Shown here piece after piece: positions 17,750-27,477 of a DNA stretch of 64,000 nucleotides. Position numbers and translations under genes: made by a program. The stretch spans positions 2,992 through 66,991 of the forward strand of contig CAZSZS010000040.1 in assembly GCA_964611275.1 (NCBI GenBank), given 5' to 3'. The notes under the pieces were generated by a model. It did no database searches and was not told the origin of the DNA. It was given only the letters and a program-made list of their open reading frames with translations. Within the stretch, counting starts at the first letter, position 1, and each line of letters opens with the position of its first letter. The DNA is from an uncultured Eubacteriales bacterium (lineage in GTDB: Bacteria; Acidobacteriota; Aminicenantia; Aminicenantales; Aminicenantaceae).

Positions 17750-20700
17750 CTAATTATTAGGCTTTGTTTTTTTCAGTATGATGGATATTTTCAGCCCTGA
17801 AGGTGTGTTTGGAGAGGCTTTGATGCTTCCTCCGTGGTCTTCAAGTATTTTTTTTGCAATGGGAAGGCCTAATCCTGTTCCTCCTTCCTTAGTTGAAAAA
17901 TAAGGCCTAAAGATCTCATCCAGCATATTTTTTTTGATACCCTGTCCGGTGTCACTTATTTCAAGATGGATTTCATCATTCTTGGAAGAAGCTTTGATCT
18001 CGATCACTCCCTTGTCTTTAATGGATTCTATGGCATTTGTAAGAATATTTCTGAAAACCGTTTTGATTTTTGCTTTATCTCCGGAAAAAAACATATCCTG
18101 TTTTTGGAATGTTTCTTTAAATGTGATTCTTTCGGACAAAATGCTTTTGTAGGGATCTATGGTCTCTTTTATGGTTTCTTTCAGATTTAAAGTTTCCTTT
18201 TGCAGCGTGCCCTTTTTGGATGTTTCTAAGAAATCCTGGGCTATTTTTCTTAGATTCTCCACTTCCGTGACTATGTATGATGTTGATTCTTTCAGAACTT
18301 TTTCGAAATCCTCTTTATTGTCTTCATATACGGTTAGAAGGTGTTCGGCGGATAGCTGTATCGGAGTCAGCGGATTTTTTATTTCGTGGGCCACTTTTCT
18401 GGCCATTTCAGCCCATGCTATTTTTTTACTGATGTCTGCAAGTTCCTGCTGGTGTTTTCTGAGGCTTTTCACCATTGTATTGAAGCCGTTTATCAGAGTT
18501 TTCATCTCGTCTTGCTTTTTGTAATCAATGGATACTTTAAGATTTCCTAAACTGACTTCTCTGGTCCCCGAAAGGAGTCTTTTGATGGGATTGAGAATCA
18601 TATCTCCAATTCCTTTTGCAACAACGAGGACAGCAGCGATGAAGAAAAATGAAATGAACACAAGGAATTCGAACAGTTCATAAGAAAATGTTGATATTTC
18701 TTCTTGTTCAAGGGGAAAGGGAAGAGATATCAGAAAGAAAGAATCCTGATATTCATAAGGAATAGTCAGGGTATGAAAGGAATATTCTCCAATTTTTTGG
18801 GTCTGCGTGTAAAACGGATTGTTCTCATAGAGGGCTTTATAATACACACCCCCGTCAATGAGTTCAGGAAGGATACCGTAGTCAAAAAATTCCCTGTGGC
18901 TTGAAGAAACAAGTTTTCCGTTTACGTAAAGGTTTACGTCATTTGATATGGTCGAGCTGATCCACATGACCATTTCGTCCGGAGGTATGGTCACACTAAG
19001 CTCTTCTTCGTTCTGGAAAAAAATAAAATCTTCCATGACACTGTTGGCGAATTTTGCCTGAACCTCTGCTTCTTCGGTTATTTTCTGGGTGAAAATCTGT
19101 GAAAAGTAACCTCTGGTTAAAAGAGAAAACAGAAGAAGGGGAAGAAGAGACACAGCGATAAAGGAGATATAGACCTTGTTAGAGAAAGACCAAAAAGGGT
19201 TTTTCATCTTTTTTTTGTGAAAAAATGAAAAATAGGCAAGGGCAGCTATGGATAGAAAGAGAAGGTAGAAAAAGAATATGACTAGAAATTCGACTGAGTG
19301 AGTGATAAAGGATTTTATAGGTATGAAAAGCGAATAAATAGAACCTTCCTTTACAAAATAGATGCTTTTGAATTTTTTCCCTTTATCTGAAAAAACAGCC
19401 CAAACAGGTTGGTCTGAAGAGTGGATCTCGTCAAGATATTTTGAGGGAATGCCTTTCGATATATTGTTCGGATTGAATACGGGTTTTCCTCGAGGATTGA
19501 AAATGGCAAATCCCAGTTTGATGTGTCTTAGAGAAGGAATGGAAGTAGCTCTTGTGAGCTCAAAATATGGATTTGCAGAATAAAGAAACGGAAGCATCTC
19601 ATGACCGACAGAGAGAGAAAGAATGGTTCTTCCTATCCCTTGATCGTTCTCTATCCAGTCTTTATATCCTGTAAGAAAACGCTTCTCCTCTCCTAAAAAA
19701 GGAACACTCTGGCTTATGATGGTCCAGCTCTCACTAAGAGGAAGGGCCACTCCGTTTTGCAGATTCGGGATATTTAGGGAAAATCTGGAAAGGATATTTC
19801 CCTCGGGACCGAGCATCTCAAAGCTTGAGTACCAGTTAAATTTCGAGATGAGAGTCCTCTCCCAGAGCGAGGCAGCCATTTCCGAAGGATTTTGGTGATG
19901 AAAAAAAGACAGTATCTGGTTTTGGTTTTCATTTATTTCCTGTATTGATTCTTGAATAAGAAATACAGCCCAGTCTTCCAGTGTTGTGATTGTGTATCTT
20001 AGAGAATGCTCTAAAATGGCTTTCTTTTTATCAACACTTGTGAAATGAAGGGAGGAATGGATAAAAAGAACGGATATCACAAACGCAGATAACAGAAATC
20101 TTTTTCTTTTTTGGAGACCGGGGAAATAAATCAGGACAAAAAGGAGAAATAGGACGGCTGCCTGAAGGCCAAAGATAAGGGCAGGGTTTTTCCCCAGATG
20201 AATAATTACGTAAGCGCCTATCGTGACAAGCAGTGCGGTAAATGGGATGAGCTTGTTTGGAGAAAAGAAACAGGCTGTTCTCAAAGCCATGTAACCCAGG
20301 ACAAAGAAACTGAAAGAAAAGAGTATGATACTGATATGCAGAAGAATAAAGCTGGGATGTAAAGACAGACTCAACAATGCCTGTTTTGTGTTGAAGGCCA
20401 GCCTGTAAAGCAGCTCATGCAGAAGGAAGATAAGAAATACGGATATAACCGAGGATAATAAGCTCAGGATGATGCTTAATGGAACAGATGCCTTTTGGGT
20501 CCATTTTTTTTTGGATCTGTTGAATAAAGACAGAAGAAAGATAAGGAGGGATGCGAGCAGAAGAGAGGATAGAAATATATCAGCAGGTGATTTTGTGAGG
20601 TTATCCAGGGAGATGAAGCTTGCTGAATCCGGAGAAAATATGGGCATGGATTGAACAGGTTCGAGCCTGCTTACGGGGAGAAAAATCAGGCGGATAGCGA

Positions 20701-21646
20701 TCATGATCGCTATGACGCTTATTTTCCGGGCCGGACTGAATTTTTTTGATAACCGGGAAGACCTTATGATGTATATGAGAAGCAGAATAAGAGAGAGAAT
20801 TGAGAGAAGATAAAATCCCAGCCGTATGTTCTGTTTTTGAGCGGAGATGATTGAAGTCAGGGGAGGCAGACTCAGAGTAACTGTGGCCATTATATGACCT
20901 TCTTCGTTCCTCAGGGGAAAAAACATGGTCTGTATCTCATTTTGAAGCCTCGGCTGTCCTATATATTCATCTTTATATTTGCTGAATATTCTTTCAAAAC
21001 CGGAAATGTCATCCCTGAAATCCCAGTAGTCGATTTTGCAGTCAGCCATCAGCTGGTTCCTAAGGAAATGATGCTCCTGCAGATACTGGGCCTTAAACTG
21101 GGGCAGAAACGCCAGCAGATAATAGAAGACGACGGAATGCCCTCCACTGTCGGTACTAACGGAGACCACATATACGGATGCTTTGTCTTTTATTAAGAAT
21201 GTTTGTTTGTCCCGGTAGTGTTCATTGTTATCCGAATAAAGGATTTGCCGGACGTCTATGACTTTGCCGTCCCACATTTCAATCTGTCCAAATGCGTCAT
21301 ATAAGGCTATTCCCTCTTTGTTCTTATCAATTTGGAATTTCTGAAAAAAGGTGAAGATTTTTTCTTCTTCCGGCAGGGCCGTGCGGTTAAGGATATCATG
21401 TTTGCTGAGGATTTGATTGATAATGGAAGAGAATTCCGTTTTTATGGCATGAGATTTGTTCCGCAGCCGGGCCAAGCTTTTTTGATGGTAATTTGGAGAA
21501 ATCAATATCGGGTAGGCCAGCCATAGAAGAAGAAGGAGAACACAAAGGGCCGTTGATGTGAAAAAGCTGAACAGCAGAAATCTGTATTGTTGTCCGCTTT
21601 TGTTTTGATTCAAATTCTTGCTGCTTTTATTTCTATGATTTTCCAT
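17750..21646 (-). CDS. Very large multi-pass sensor histidine kinase, NtrY-like transmitter (HAMP-HisKA-HATPase_c)
   Basis: H-box HEIKNPLTPIQLSAEHL, N-box RNILTNAIES, DTGQGI, GGTGLGL. Many hydrophobic helices separate at least three extracytoplasmic segments. Alternative TTG start at 21613 forms a TTGA overlap with the upstream stop. Confidence 0.9.
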   Translation of the reverse strand: MENHRNKSSKNLNQNKSGQQYRFLLFSFFTSTALCVLLLLLWLAYPILISPNYHQKSLARLRNKSHAIKTEFSSIINQILSKHDILNRTALPEEEKIFTFFQKFQIDKNKEGIALYDAFGQIEMWDGKVIDVRQILYSDNNEHYRDKQTFLIKDKASVYVVSVSTDSGGHSVVFYYLLAFLPQFKAQYLQEHHFLRNQLMADCKIDYWDFRDDISGFERIFSKYKDEYIGQPRLQNEIQTMFFPLRNEEGHIMATVTLSLPPLTSIISAQKQNIRLGFYLLSILSLILLLIYIIRSSRLSKKFSPARKISVIAIMIAIRLIFLPVSRLEPVQSMPIFSPDSASFISLDNLTKSPADIFLSSLLLASLLIFLLSLFNRSKKKWTQKASVPLSIILSLLSSVISVFLIFLLHELLYRLAFNTKQALLSLSLHPSFILLHISIILFSFSFFVLGYMALRTACFFSPNKLIPFTALLVTIGAYVIIHLGKNPALIFGLQAAVLFLLFVLIYFPGLQKRKRFLLSAFVISVLFIHSSLHFTSVDKKKAILEHSLRYTITTLEDWAVFLIQESIQEINENQNQILSFFHHQNPSEMAASLWERTLISKFNWYSSFEMLGPEGNILSRFSLNIPNLQNGVALPLSESWTIISQSVPFLGEEKRFLTGYKDWIENDQGIGRTILSLSVGHEMLPFLYSANPYFELTRATSIPSLRHIKLGFAIFNPRGKPVFNPNNISKGIPSKYLDEIHSSDQPVWAVFSDKGKKFKSIYFVKEGSIYSLFIPIKSFITHSVEFLVIFFFYLLFLSIAALAYFSFFHKKKMKNPFWSFSNKVYISFIAVSLLPLLLFSLLTRGYFSQIFTQKITEEAEVQAKFANSVMEDFIFFQNEEELSVTIPPDEMVMWISSTISNDVNLYVNGKLVSSSHREFFDYGILPELIDGGVYYKALYENNPFYTQTQKIGEYSFHTLTIPYEYQDSFFLISLPFPLEQEEISTFSYELFEFLVFISFFFIAAVLVVAKGIGDMILNPIKRLLSGTREVSLGNLKVSIDYKKQDEMKTLINGFNTMVKSLRKHQQELADISKKIAWAEMARKVAHEIKNPLTPIQLSAEHLLTVYEDNKEDFEKVLKESTSYIVTEVENLRKIAQDFLETSKKGTLQKETLNLKETIKETIDPYKSILSERITFKETFQKQDMFFSGDKAKIKTVFRNILTNAIESIKDKGVIEIKASSKNDEIHLEISDTGQGIKKNMLDEIFRPYFSTKEGGTGLGLPIAKKILEDHGGSIKASPNTPSGLKISIILKKTKPNN

Positions 21647-22050
21647 TTATCAGGTTCATTTTTGCCGGTGGTTTCTGATTTTTTCAAAAGGAAAAACACA
21701 TGATAAACATACTGGTTGTTGTTTTTTTTGTCCTTAAAAGACCATCTTGATTTAAAAATTGTGTTATCGTTCTGTATCTCTCTTTCCTCCGACAGAGAGT
21801 AGAATTCAAAGGTCGGATAGTGTGAGAATATTTTCTGGAAGAGAAAGAAGGCCTGCTGGTCAGTGAGTTGATCGGAAAAAGAAATCGGCTCAGGGAATGA
21901 TAGATTGACATGGCCGTCTGAGGGGAAAAGCAAAGAGAGCATGTGGGCGTTGTTTTGAAGGAAGGCTCTTTCGATTTTATTGGAGACGGTATTTGATTGA
22001 GGGGCCAAAAGGGAAAAAATCAGGGTTAATATGACTGTTAACTGACTCAT
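21610..22050 (-). CDS. Small secreted protein, DUF4783-like
   Basis: Signal peptide, then a pattern resembling DUF4783 (…LSLLF…V.L…QAFFLFQKIFSHYP…FEF…VFFLLKK…WKIIEIK). Overlaps the kinase start. Confidence 0.5.
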   Translation of the reverse strand: MSQLTVILTLIFSLLAPQSNTVSNKIERAFLQNNAHMLSLLFPSDGHVNLSFPEPISFSDQLTDQQAFFLFQKIFSHYPTFEFYSLSEEREIQNDNTIFKSRWSFKDKKNNNQYVYHVFFLLKKSETTGKNEPDKWKIIEIKAARI

Positions 22051-22196
22051 AAAAATATATTAACATAATATGTTTCCTGTAGGAAGGCTCTCGTTATGTG
22101 CCTGGATTTTCGCTGCCGCATTCCCTTCCTTCACATCAAAAGGCAAAAGAGGTAGAATAAACAAAAACTGCGAACCGTATACTTAGGGAAGATACC

Positions 22197-22631
22197 ATGT
22201 CCGAAGAACTTTCTTTTGGCGTTAAAAAGTCAAAGGAAAGAGCTCTGCACAGGAGGATGAAAAGGCTGGAAATCTATGAAAAGGACCTGGTAGAGAATTT
22301 TATTCGTTCAAGCGGGAAAGGGGGGCAGAGGACGAACAAAGTGTCCACATGCGTTTATTTGAAACACATACCCACCGGGCTGGAAGTCAAGTGTCAAAAG
22401 GAAAGACAGCAGTCCATAAACAGGTTTCTGGCGAGAAGGCTTCTTGCTGATAAGATCGAATCCATGATTCTGGGAGAGAAGAGCAGGGAGAAGCAGAGAA
22501 TTGAAAAGATACGGCGTCAAAAAAGAAAGCGTTCCAAGAGAGCTAAGGAAAAAATGTTAGAGGAGAAAAAGAAGCAGGCGGAAAAAAAGAAAAGGCGCAG
22601 CTATAAGCCGGAACCTGAGGATTTTGAATAA
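22197..22631 (+). CDS. ArfB/ICT1-like GGQ peptidyl-tRNA hydrolase (RF-1 domain) with basic C-terminal tail
   Basis: SSGKGGQRTNKVSTCVYLKH contains the GGQ motif. Lys/Arg-rich tail. 144 aa. Confidence 0.7.
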   Translation: MSEELSFGVKKSKERALHRRMKRLEIYEKDLVENFIRSSGKGGQRTNKVSTCVYLKHIPTGLEVKCQKERQQSINRFLARRLLADKIESMILGEKSREKQRIEKIRRQKRKRSKRAKEKMLEEKKKQAEKKKRRSYKPEPEDFE

Positions 22632-22732
22632 CCTGAACAATTCAGCTCATTAAATTCACTTAAAAGGAATAAAGAGGACTTTATGTGAGTCTAATATAAA
22701 GAAGAGGTGAATTTCATACGGATTGAAACCGG

Positions 22733-22966
22733 ATGGATGAGAAGAAGCTCATATCTCTGGCTCGTGATGGTAATAAAGATGCATTTAGGGAACTTGTCAC
22801 AAAATACGAACCTCAGATAGCCGGTACTGTTATAGGCATGTTAGGTCCAGGCCCTGAAGCAGAAGATATCGGGCAGGAGACTTTTATAAGGCTTTACAGG
22901 TCTCTTTCAAAGTTTCGAGGAGAGTCTTCTTTAAGCACATATTTGACAAGAATAGCTATATTCTAG
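22733..22966 (+). pseudogene. ECF sigma factor remnant (region 2 only)
   Basis: FRELVTKYEPQIAGTVIGML...AEDIGQETFIRLYRSLSKFRGESSLSTYLTRIAIF then TAG. It stops right after region 2.4. No region 4 in any frame downstream and no SD upstream. Confidence 0.6.
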
Positions 22967-23016
22967 CCAAGCATGCAAAAACGGTCAGGGGCATAAGAGA
23001 GGACTACCAGAAGAAA

Positions 23017-23418
23017 ATGCAAAAGGCAAACCTATCCCTGTATAATGAGCTGACTCCTTTCTTGGATCCGGTCCAGAGAAGAAGATTCAACCGAAGATTG
23101 TTTATGCCGGGCATGCCTTTTCATACCCGCGGCCGTTTATCTGACAGTTACCTTGCGGGCGAGGCGCTTGATAAGGATGTTGAATTTATAAAAACAGAGC
23201 TCTCTTTGACAGAAGAGCAGACAGAAAAGGTGAGAGAGGTTTTCAGGAAATACAGGATCCCCTTATGGACACCAAGGCTGAAATACGGAGGAGTAAGAAA
23301 TTCCGAGATGCACAAGAAAATGCTCCAACGTGTTAAGGAAAGAGACAAGGCTGTGAAAGAGGTCCTGGATGAAAGGCAGAAGAAGCGCTATGATAAATTG
23401 AGAAAACAGGTCAATTGA
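23017..23418 (+). pseudogene. Spy/CpxP-like (LTXXQ-motif) periplasmic protein, N-terminally truncated remnant
   Basis: LSLTEEQTEKVREVF and LTPFLDPVQRRRF repeats. No signal peptide. The frame stays open upstream back into the sigma remnant (at least to 22921). Confidence 0.45.
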
Positions 23419-24091
23419 TATATTTTTCCACGGCTGATTTCCATAAAAGGTAGCCTGCTCCGGTCAGATGCAGGCCGTCATTCGTATAGTTCGGATCAAG
23501 CTTTTGGTCTTTTGTCGCAAAATGGGAATATAAATCTATATATGTGATTTTATTTATATCAGAGAAATTTTTTAAGGCCCTATTGATCCTGATGATCTCT
23601 TCTGTCTTGTTGACGTGATTTTCAAAAATTGTATAGTCCTTGTTAACCGGAAGCAGGCTCTGGAGAAAGATTTCCGTATCCGGCGTTTTTTTATGGATGA
23701 TTTTCACGATCTGCTTGATGTTGTAGACCACTTCTGTTTCAATTTTTCCGTCTGCCAGGTCGTTTATCCCTATCATTAGGAAGATCTTTAATGGTTTTGA
23801 TTCCACGACTTCGTCCAGCCTGTGAAGGACTCCGGATGTGATGTCCCCGCTGATCCCTCTGTTGATGATTCTTTTGTCCTGGAACATCTCACTCCAGTTG
23901 CATCCGTCTGTAATGCTGTCTCCTAAAAAAATAATCTCATTTTCTGCATTAGGAAGCATTTCAAATAAAGATACACGTTGATGCCAGTAAGGGTAAAATG
24001 TGTTTTCGTCTTCATATGGTTCCTGGCATGACAGACTGATGAAAACCATGAGAGCCGTAGCCAGTATTATTGATTGTTTTAAGTTCCGCAT
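23411..24091 (-). CDS. SGNH/GDSL hydrolase lipoprotein
   Basis: Lipobox ISLSC. Block I FLGDSITDG, block III GIND, block V DGLHLT. Confidence 0.8.
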   Translation of the reverse strand: MRNLKQSIILATALMVFISLSCQEPYEDENTFYPYWHQRVSLFEMLPNAENEIIFLGDSITDGCNWSEMFQDKRIINRGISGDITSGVLHRLDEVVESKPLKIFLMIGINDLADGKIETEVVYNIKQIVKIIHKKTPDTEIFLQSLLPVNKDYTIFENHVNKTEEIIRINRALKNFSDINKITYIDLYSHFATKDQKLDPNYTNDGLHLTGAGYLLWKSAVEKYIN

Positions 24092-24136
24092 ACTCTCCTC
24101 CTAAATAGATTATTTGCATTTGGCTCAGCGGCAGGT

Positions 24137-25378
24137 TTAAGCAGAGAGGTCTAACAATACACTGAGAAGCAGGTTAGCCGCTTTTTCCAGGTCTTCCCAG
24201 TCGATTTTCTCTTGCGGGGAGTGGCTTATTCCATCCTCACAAGGAATGAATATCATACCGGTATCAGATACAGAACTCAGGATCTGCGCATCATGCCCTG
24301 CTCCGCTGTTAAGGGTCATATAGGGATAATCCAGCTCCTTGCAAAAATGTGCCATAAGGTCTTTGAGCCGGGCTGAGGTTTTGACTGGTTCTGTTTTATC
24401 GATGATTTTGTAGTCAAAATGAAGTCCACGCGAAGAGGATATATCATTCGCAAATTCAAGCACTTTTTTTTCTATCTCTTTAAGGGTCTGGCCGGATTGG
24501 CTTCTAAAGTCGAGAGAAAATTCAACTCTGTCAGGGATGATACTGAAGGAACCGGGGTGAATATGAGCGTTTCCTATGGTAAGCATACTCCCGTAGTGTT
24601 CTTTGGCTACATAATGGGTCCCTTTAAGCGCAAAGTCAGCCAGGCCTAAAAAGGCATCATGACGGAGTTCAAAAGGAGTGGTGCCTGCATGACTGGCTTG
24701 TCCCTGAAAAAGGCACGTCCATAAGTTTTTCCCGGCGATGTTTTCAACGATGCCTATAGACTTATCTTCTGTTTCCAGTAAAGGGCCCTGCTCAATGTGT
24801 ATTTCAATAAATGCGTCGATTTCAGGCCGCTGTTCGCTGGCTTTTATGATTGTTTCTATGGTGAATTCTGTGTTTTCCAGAATATTTTTTAAAGGAGGGC
24901 CGAATTGAGTGTGTCCCTTTTCCAGCATTTCCCTTTGTATCATTCCAGTGAAGGCCCTTGAGCCTAAAAAATCTCCCGCCAGATTGCCTTCTTCATCAGT
25001 AAACGAAGCTACTGATAAGGGTTTGGTGTGCTTTATTTTTTCTTCATGGATTCTCTGCAGGCATTCAAGGGCTGAAAGAACACCGGCCGCGCCGTCAAAC
25101 ATACCTCCGTTTATAACCGTGTCTATATGGGAGCCTGCCATGATTGTTTGCCCTTTTCCTTCTAAAGAGCCAAAAATATTTCCGGCCCCGTCCTGGCTGA
25201 CACAAAGACCGGCACAGGAAATCTTATCTTTAAGCCATTCCCGTGCTTCGAGGTCAGCTTTGCTGAATGAGGGGCGGCTTATTCCTCCGGCAGGGTCTTT
25301 CCCTATTTCGGAAAGCTCCATCAGGTTGTTTTTCAGGCGTTCAAGATTGATTTTCATGTTCATGGGATGACTCCTCAA
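24137..25378 (-). CDS. M20 family amidohydrolase (allantoate amidohydrolase / N-carbamoyl-L-amino-acid hydrolase type)
   Basis: GGISRPSFS...EAREWL, GSHIDTV.NGG.FDGAAGV, FTDEEG, HAG, GAGHDAQ. The true start may be a few codons downstream (MNMKIN). Confidence 0.8.
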   Translation of the reverse strand: MRSHPMNMKINLERLKNNLMELSEIGKDPAGGISRPSFSKADLEAREWLKDKISCAGLCVSQDGAGNIFGSLEGKGQTIMAGSHIDTVINGGMFDGAAGVLSALECLQRIHEEKIKHTKPLSVASFTDEEGNLAGDFLGSRAFTGMIQREMLEKGHTQFGPPLKNILENTEFTIETIIKASEQRPEIDAFIEIHIEQGPLLETEDKSIGIVENIAGKNLWTCLFQGQASHAGTTPFELRHDAFLGLADFALKGTHYVAKEHYGSMLTIGNAHIHPGSFSIIPDRVEFSLDFRSQSGQTLKEIEKKVLEFANDISSSRGLHFDYKIIDKTEPVKTSARLKDLMAHFCKELDYPYMTLNSGAGHDAQILSSVSDTGMIFIPCEDGISHSPQEKIDWEDLEKAANLLLSVLLDLSA

Positions 25379-25394
25379 TCTATGTTGATTTTTA

Positions 25395-26105
25395 TCATTC
25401 CAGAAGATGAAGCATATCCTTGACTGCTTTTTCTAAGCCTACAATCGAGCTTCTTGCTATGATAGAAAACCCGATGCTGAATTCTTTGATCTCCTGGATC
25501 GCAGCTATGGGATGGATGTTCCAATAATCAAGACCGTGTCCTGCATGTACTTCGAGACCCAGGTCATGTGCTTTTTTAGCTGCGTTTATGATCTCCTGCT
25601 CCGCCTTTTTCCTCTCATCGCCCGGTTTGAGGTCAGCATACTTGCCGGTGTTTATTTCAATCAAGTCAACCTTTAATTCAGCGCATGTTTTGATCTGTTC
25701 GTCAGAAGGGTCAACAAAAATACTGACCTTGATCCCGTGCTGCTGGAGGCTACGGATATGAGGAGCCAGCTTATCTTTGTTTTTGATGACATCCAGCCCG
25801 CCTTGAGTCGTGATCTCGTGCGCCTCTTCAGGCACCAGGGAGACGACATCCGGCTTGATATCAACAGCGATCTTTTTCATTTCTTCTGTAGCAGCCATTT
25901 CTATATTCAGTTTTGTCTTTATGGTCTGCCTCAAGAGACGCAGGTCTCTCTCTTTGATGTGTCTTCTGTCACCTCGGATGTGACAGACGATACCCGAAGC
26001 ACCTGCCTGTTCAGCCAGAAGTGCGGCTAAAACAGGTTCCGGGACTATGCTTTTTCGTGCTTCTCTTAATGTTGCGAAATGGTCTATATTAACAGACAGT
26101 CTCAT
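25395..26105 (-). CDS. pdxJ: Pyridoxine 5'-phosphate synthase
   Basis: LSVNIDHFATLREAR, VCHIRGDRRHI, NIEMA, SLVPE, HAGHGL. Confidence 0.93.
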   Translation of the reverse strand: MRLSVNIDHFATLREARKSIVPEPVLAALLAEQAGASGIVCHIRGDRRHIKERDLRLLRQTIKTKLNIEMAATEEMKKIAVDIKPDVVSLVPEEAHEITTQGGLDVIKNKDKLAPHIRSLQQHGIKVSIFVDPSDEQIKTCAELKVDLIEINTGKYADLKPGDERKKAEQEIINAAKKAHDLGLEVHAGHGLDYWNIHPIAAIQEIKEFSIGFSIIARSSIVGLEKAVKDMLHLLE

Positions 26106-26117
26106 ATGAGGACTCCT

Positions 26118-27455
26118 TTAAGCTAATTCTTTGGAAATCGATTCGGCAATCATTTGACCGAGCCGCTCGATCTTTTCCTTGTTTGCTCCCTCTATCATCA
26201 CTCTTGCTACAGGTTCTGTTCCCGAATAACGGACTTTGATCCGGCCTTTTTCCATAAGCGCCTCTTCGGCTTTTTGTATGGCTTTCATGATCCCCGGGCA
26301 GTTTTCGAACTTTTCCCTTCTTGATATTTTAACATTTTTTTGTATCTGTGGGTATTCATGGAATCCTGAATGCAAAGAGGATAAGGGGCGGTCTTTATGG
26401 GCCATCGCCTGGATGACTTTCAGACTGGTGAGTATGCCGTCTCCGGTAGGGCATTCGTTGAGAATAATGGTGTGCCCTGATTGTTCTCCTCCCAGACTGC
26501 TGTTTTGTTTGAGCATTTCTTCATAGACGTACCTGTCGCCCACATTGGTCCGTATGAGCCGGAGCTCGATTTGCTTTAAGGCTTTTTCCAGGCCCAGATT
26601 ACTCATGATCGTCCCTATGATCTTATCCGATTTCAGTGATCCCTTTTCTTTCATATATTTGGAGAGGATGAAAAGAGTGTGGTCTCCGTTTAAGACAGTT
26701 CCTTTCTCATCTACGAAAATAGCCCTGTCCGAATCTCCGTCAAAAGCAACCCCCAGGTCAGCTTTTGTTTCCAGTACTTTAGCTGCAAGCGTGTCCGGAA
26801 ATAATGAACCGCAGCTTGAATTAATATTCGTTCCGTCCGGTCTGTCATTTATGGACAGTGTGTCGAAACCCAGATCTGAGAACACATCAGGAGCTATGTT
26901 TGAACTCGCTCCATTGGCACAGTCAGCAACGATTTTTATTCCTTGAGAAAAATCCTTAAAGGGAAAACTGCTTTTTAAAAATTCCGTGTATTCTGTTCTC
27001 AGCTCTTTACTGGGTATGGGGTCTGAACTGTCCGGGATTATTTTCTTTCCAGGTTTTTTGATAAGGTTCTCCAGTTTTCGCTCAAAAGAGTTTTTTATTT
27101 TTATCCCTTCTGAGGAAAATATCTTTATTCCGTTGTATTCAAAAGGATTGTGAGAAGCGGAAATGACAATGCCCGAAGAAAATGACTTTTTTTTGCTCAG
27201 TACAGCAATGGCGGACGTGGGGATCACTCCCGCAGATACGGCTTCTCCGCCGGAATCTCTGATTCCCTGAAAAAGAGCTTTTTGGAGCCATTCCCCTGAT
27301 GAACGGGTATCGCGTCCGATCAAAATACGGGGAGACAGGCCATCCTGTTTCAGCAAATCCGTAAGGTTTTTCCCTATTAGATAGACTGTGGAGTAATCAA
27401 GAGGATATTTTCCTGCTACAGCCCTTATCCCATCGGTACCGAAGAGTCTGTTCAT
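26118..27455 (-). CDS. glmM: Phosphoglucosamine mutase
   Basis: LFGTDGIRAVAG, active-site SASHNP, DGDSDR, GGEQSGH. Sits downstream of cdaA-cdaR. Confidence 0.93.
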   Translation of the reverse strand: MNRLFGTDGIRAVAGKYPLDYSTVYLIGKNLTDLLKQDGLSPRILIGRDTRSSGEWLQKALFQGIRDSGGEAVSAGVIPTSAIAVLSKKKSFSSGIVISASHNPFEYNGIKIFSSEGIKIKNSFERKLENLIKKPGKKIIPDSSDPIPSKELRTEYTEFLKSSFPFKDFSQGIKIVADCANGASSNIAPDVFSDLGFDTLSINDRPDGTNINSSCGSLFPDTLAAKVLETKADLGVAFDGDSDRAIFVDEKGTVLNGDHTLFILSKYMKEKGSLKSDKIIGTIMSNLGLEKALKQIELRLIRTNVGDRYVYEEMLKQNSSLGGEQSGHTIILNECPTGDGILTSLKVIQAMAHKDRPLSSLHSGFHEYPQIQKNVKISRREKFENCPGIMKAIQKAEEALMEKGRIKVRYSGTEPVARVMIEGANKEKIERLGQMIAESISKELA

Positions 27456-27477
27456 TTGGTTTTTATTTGGCTTCCCT

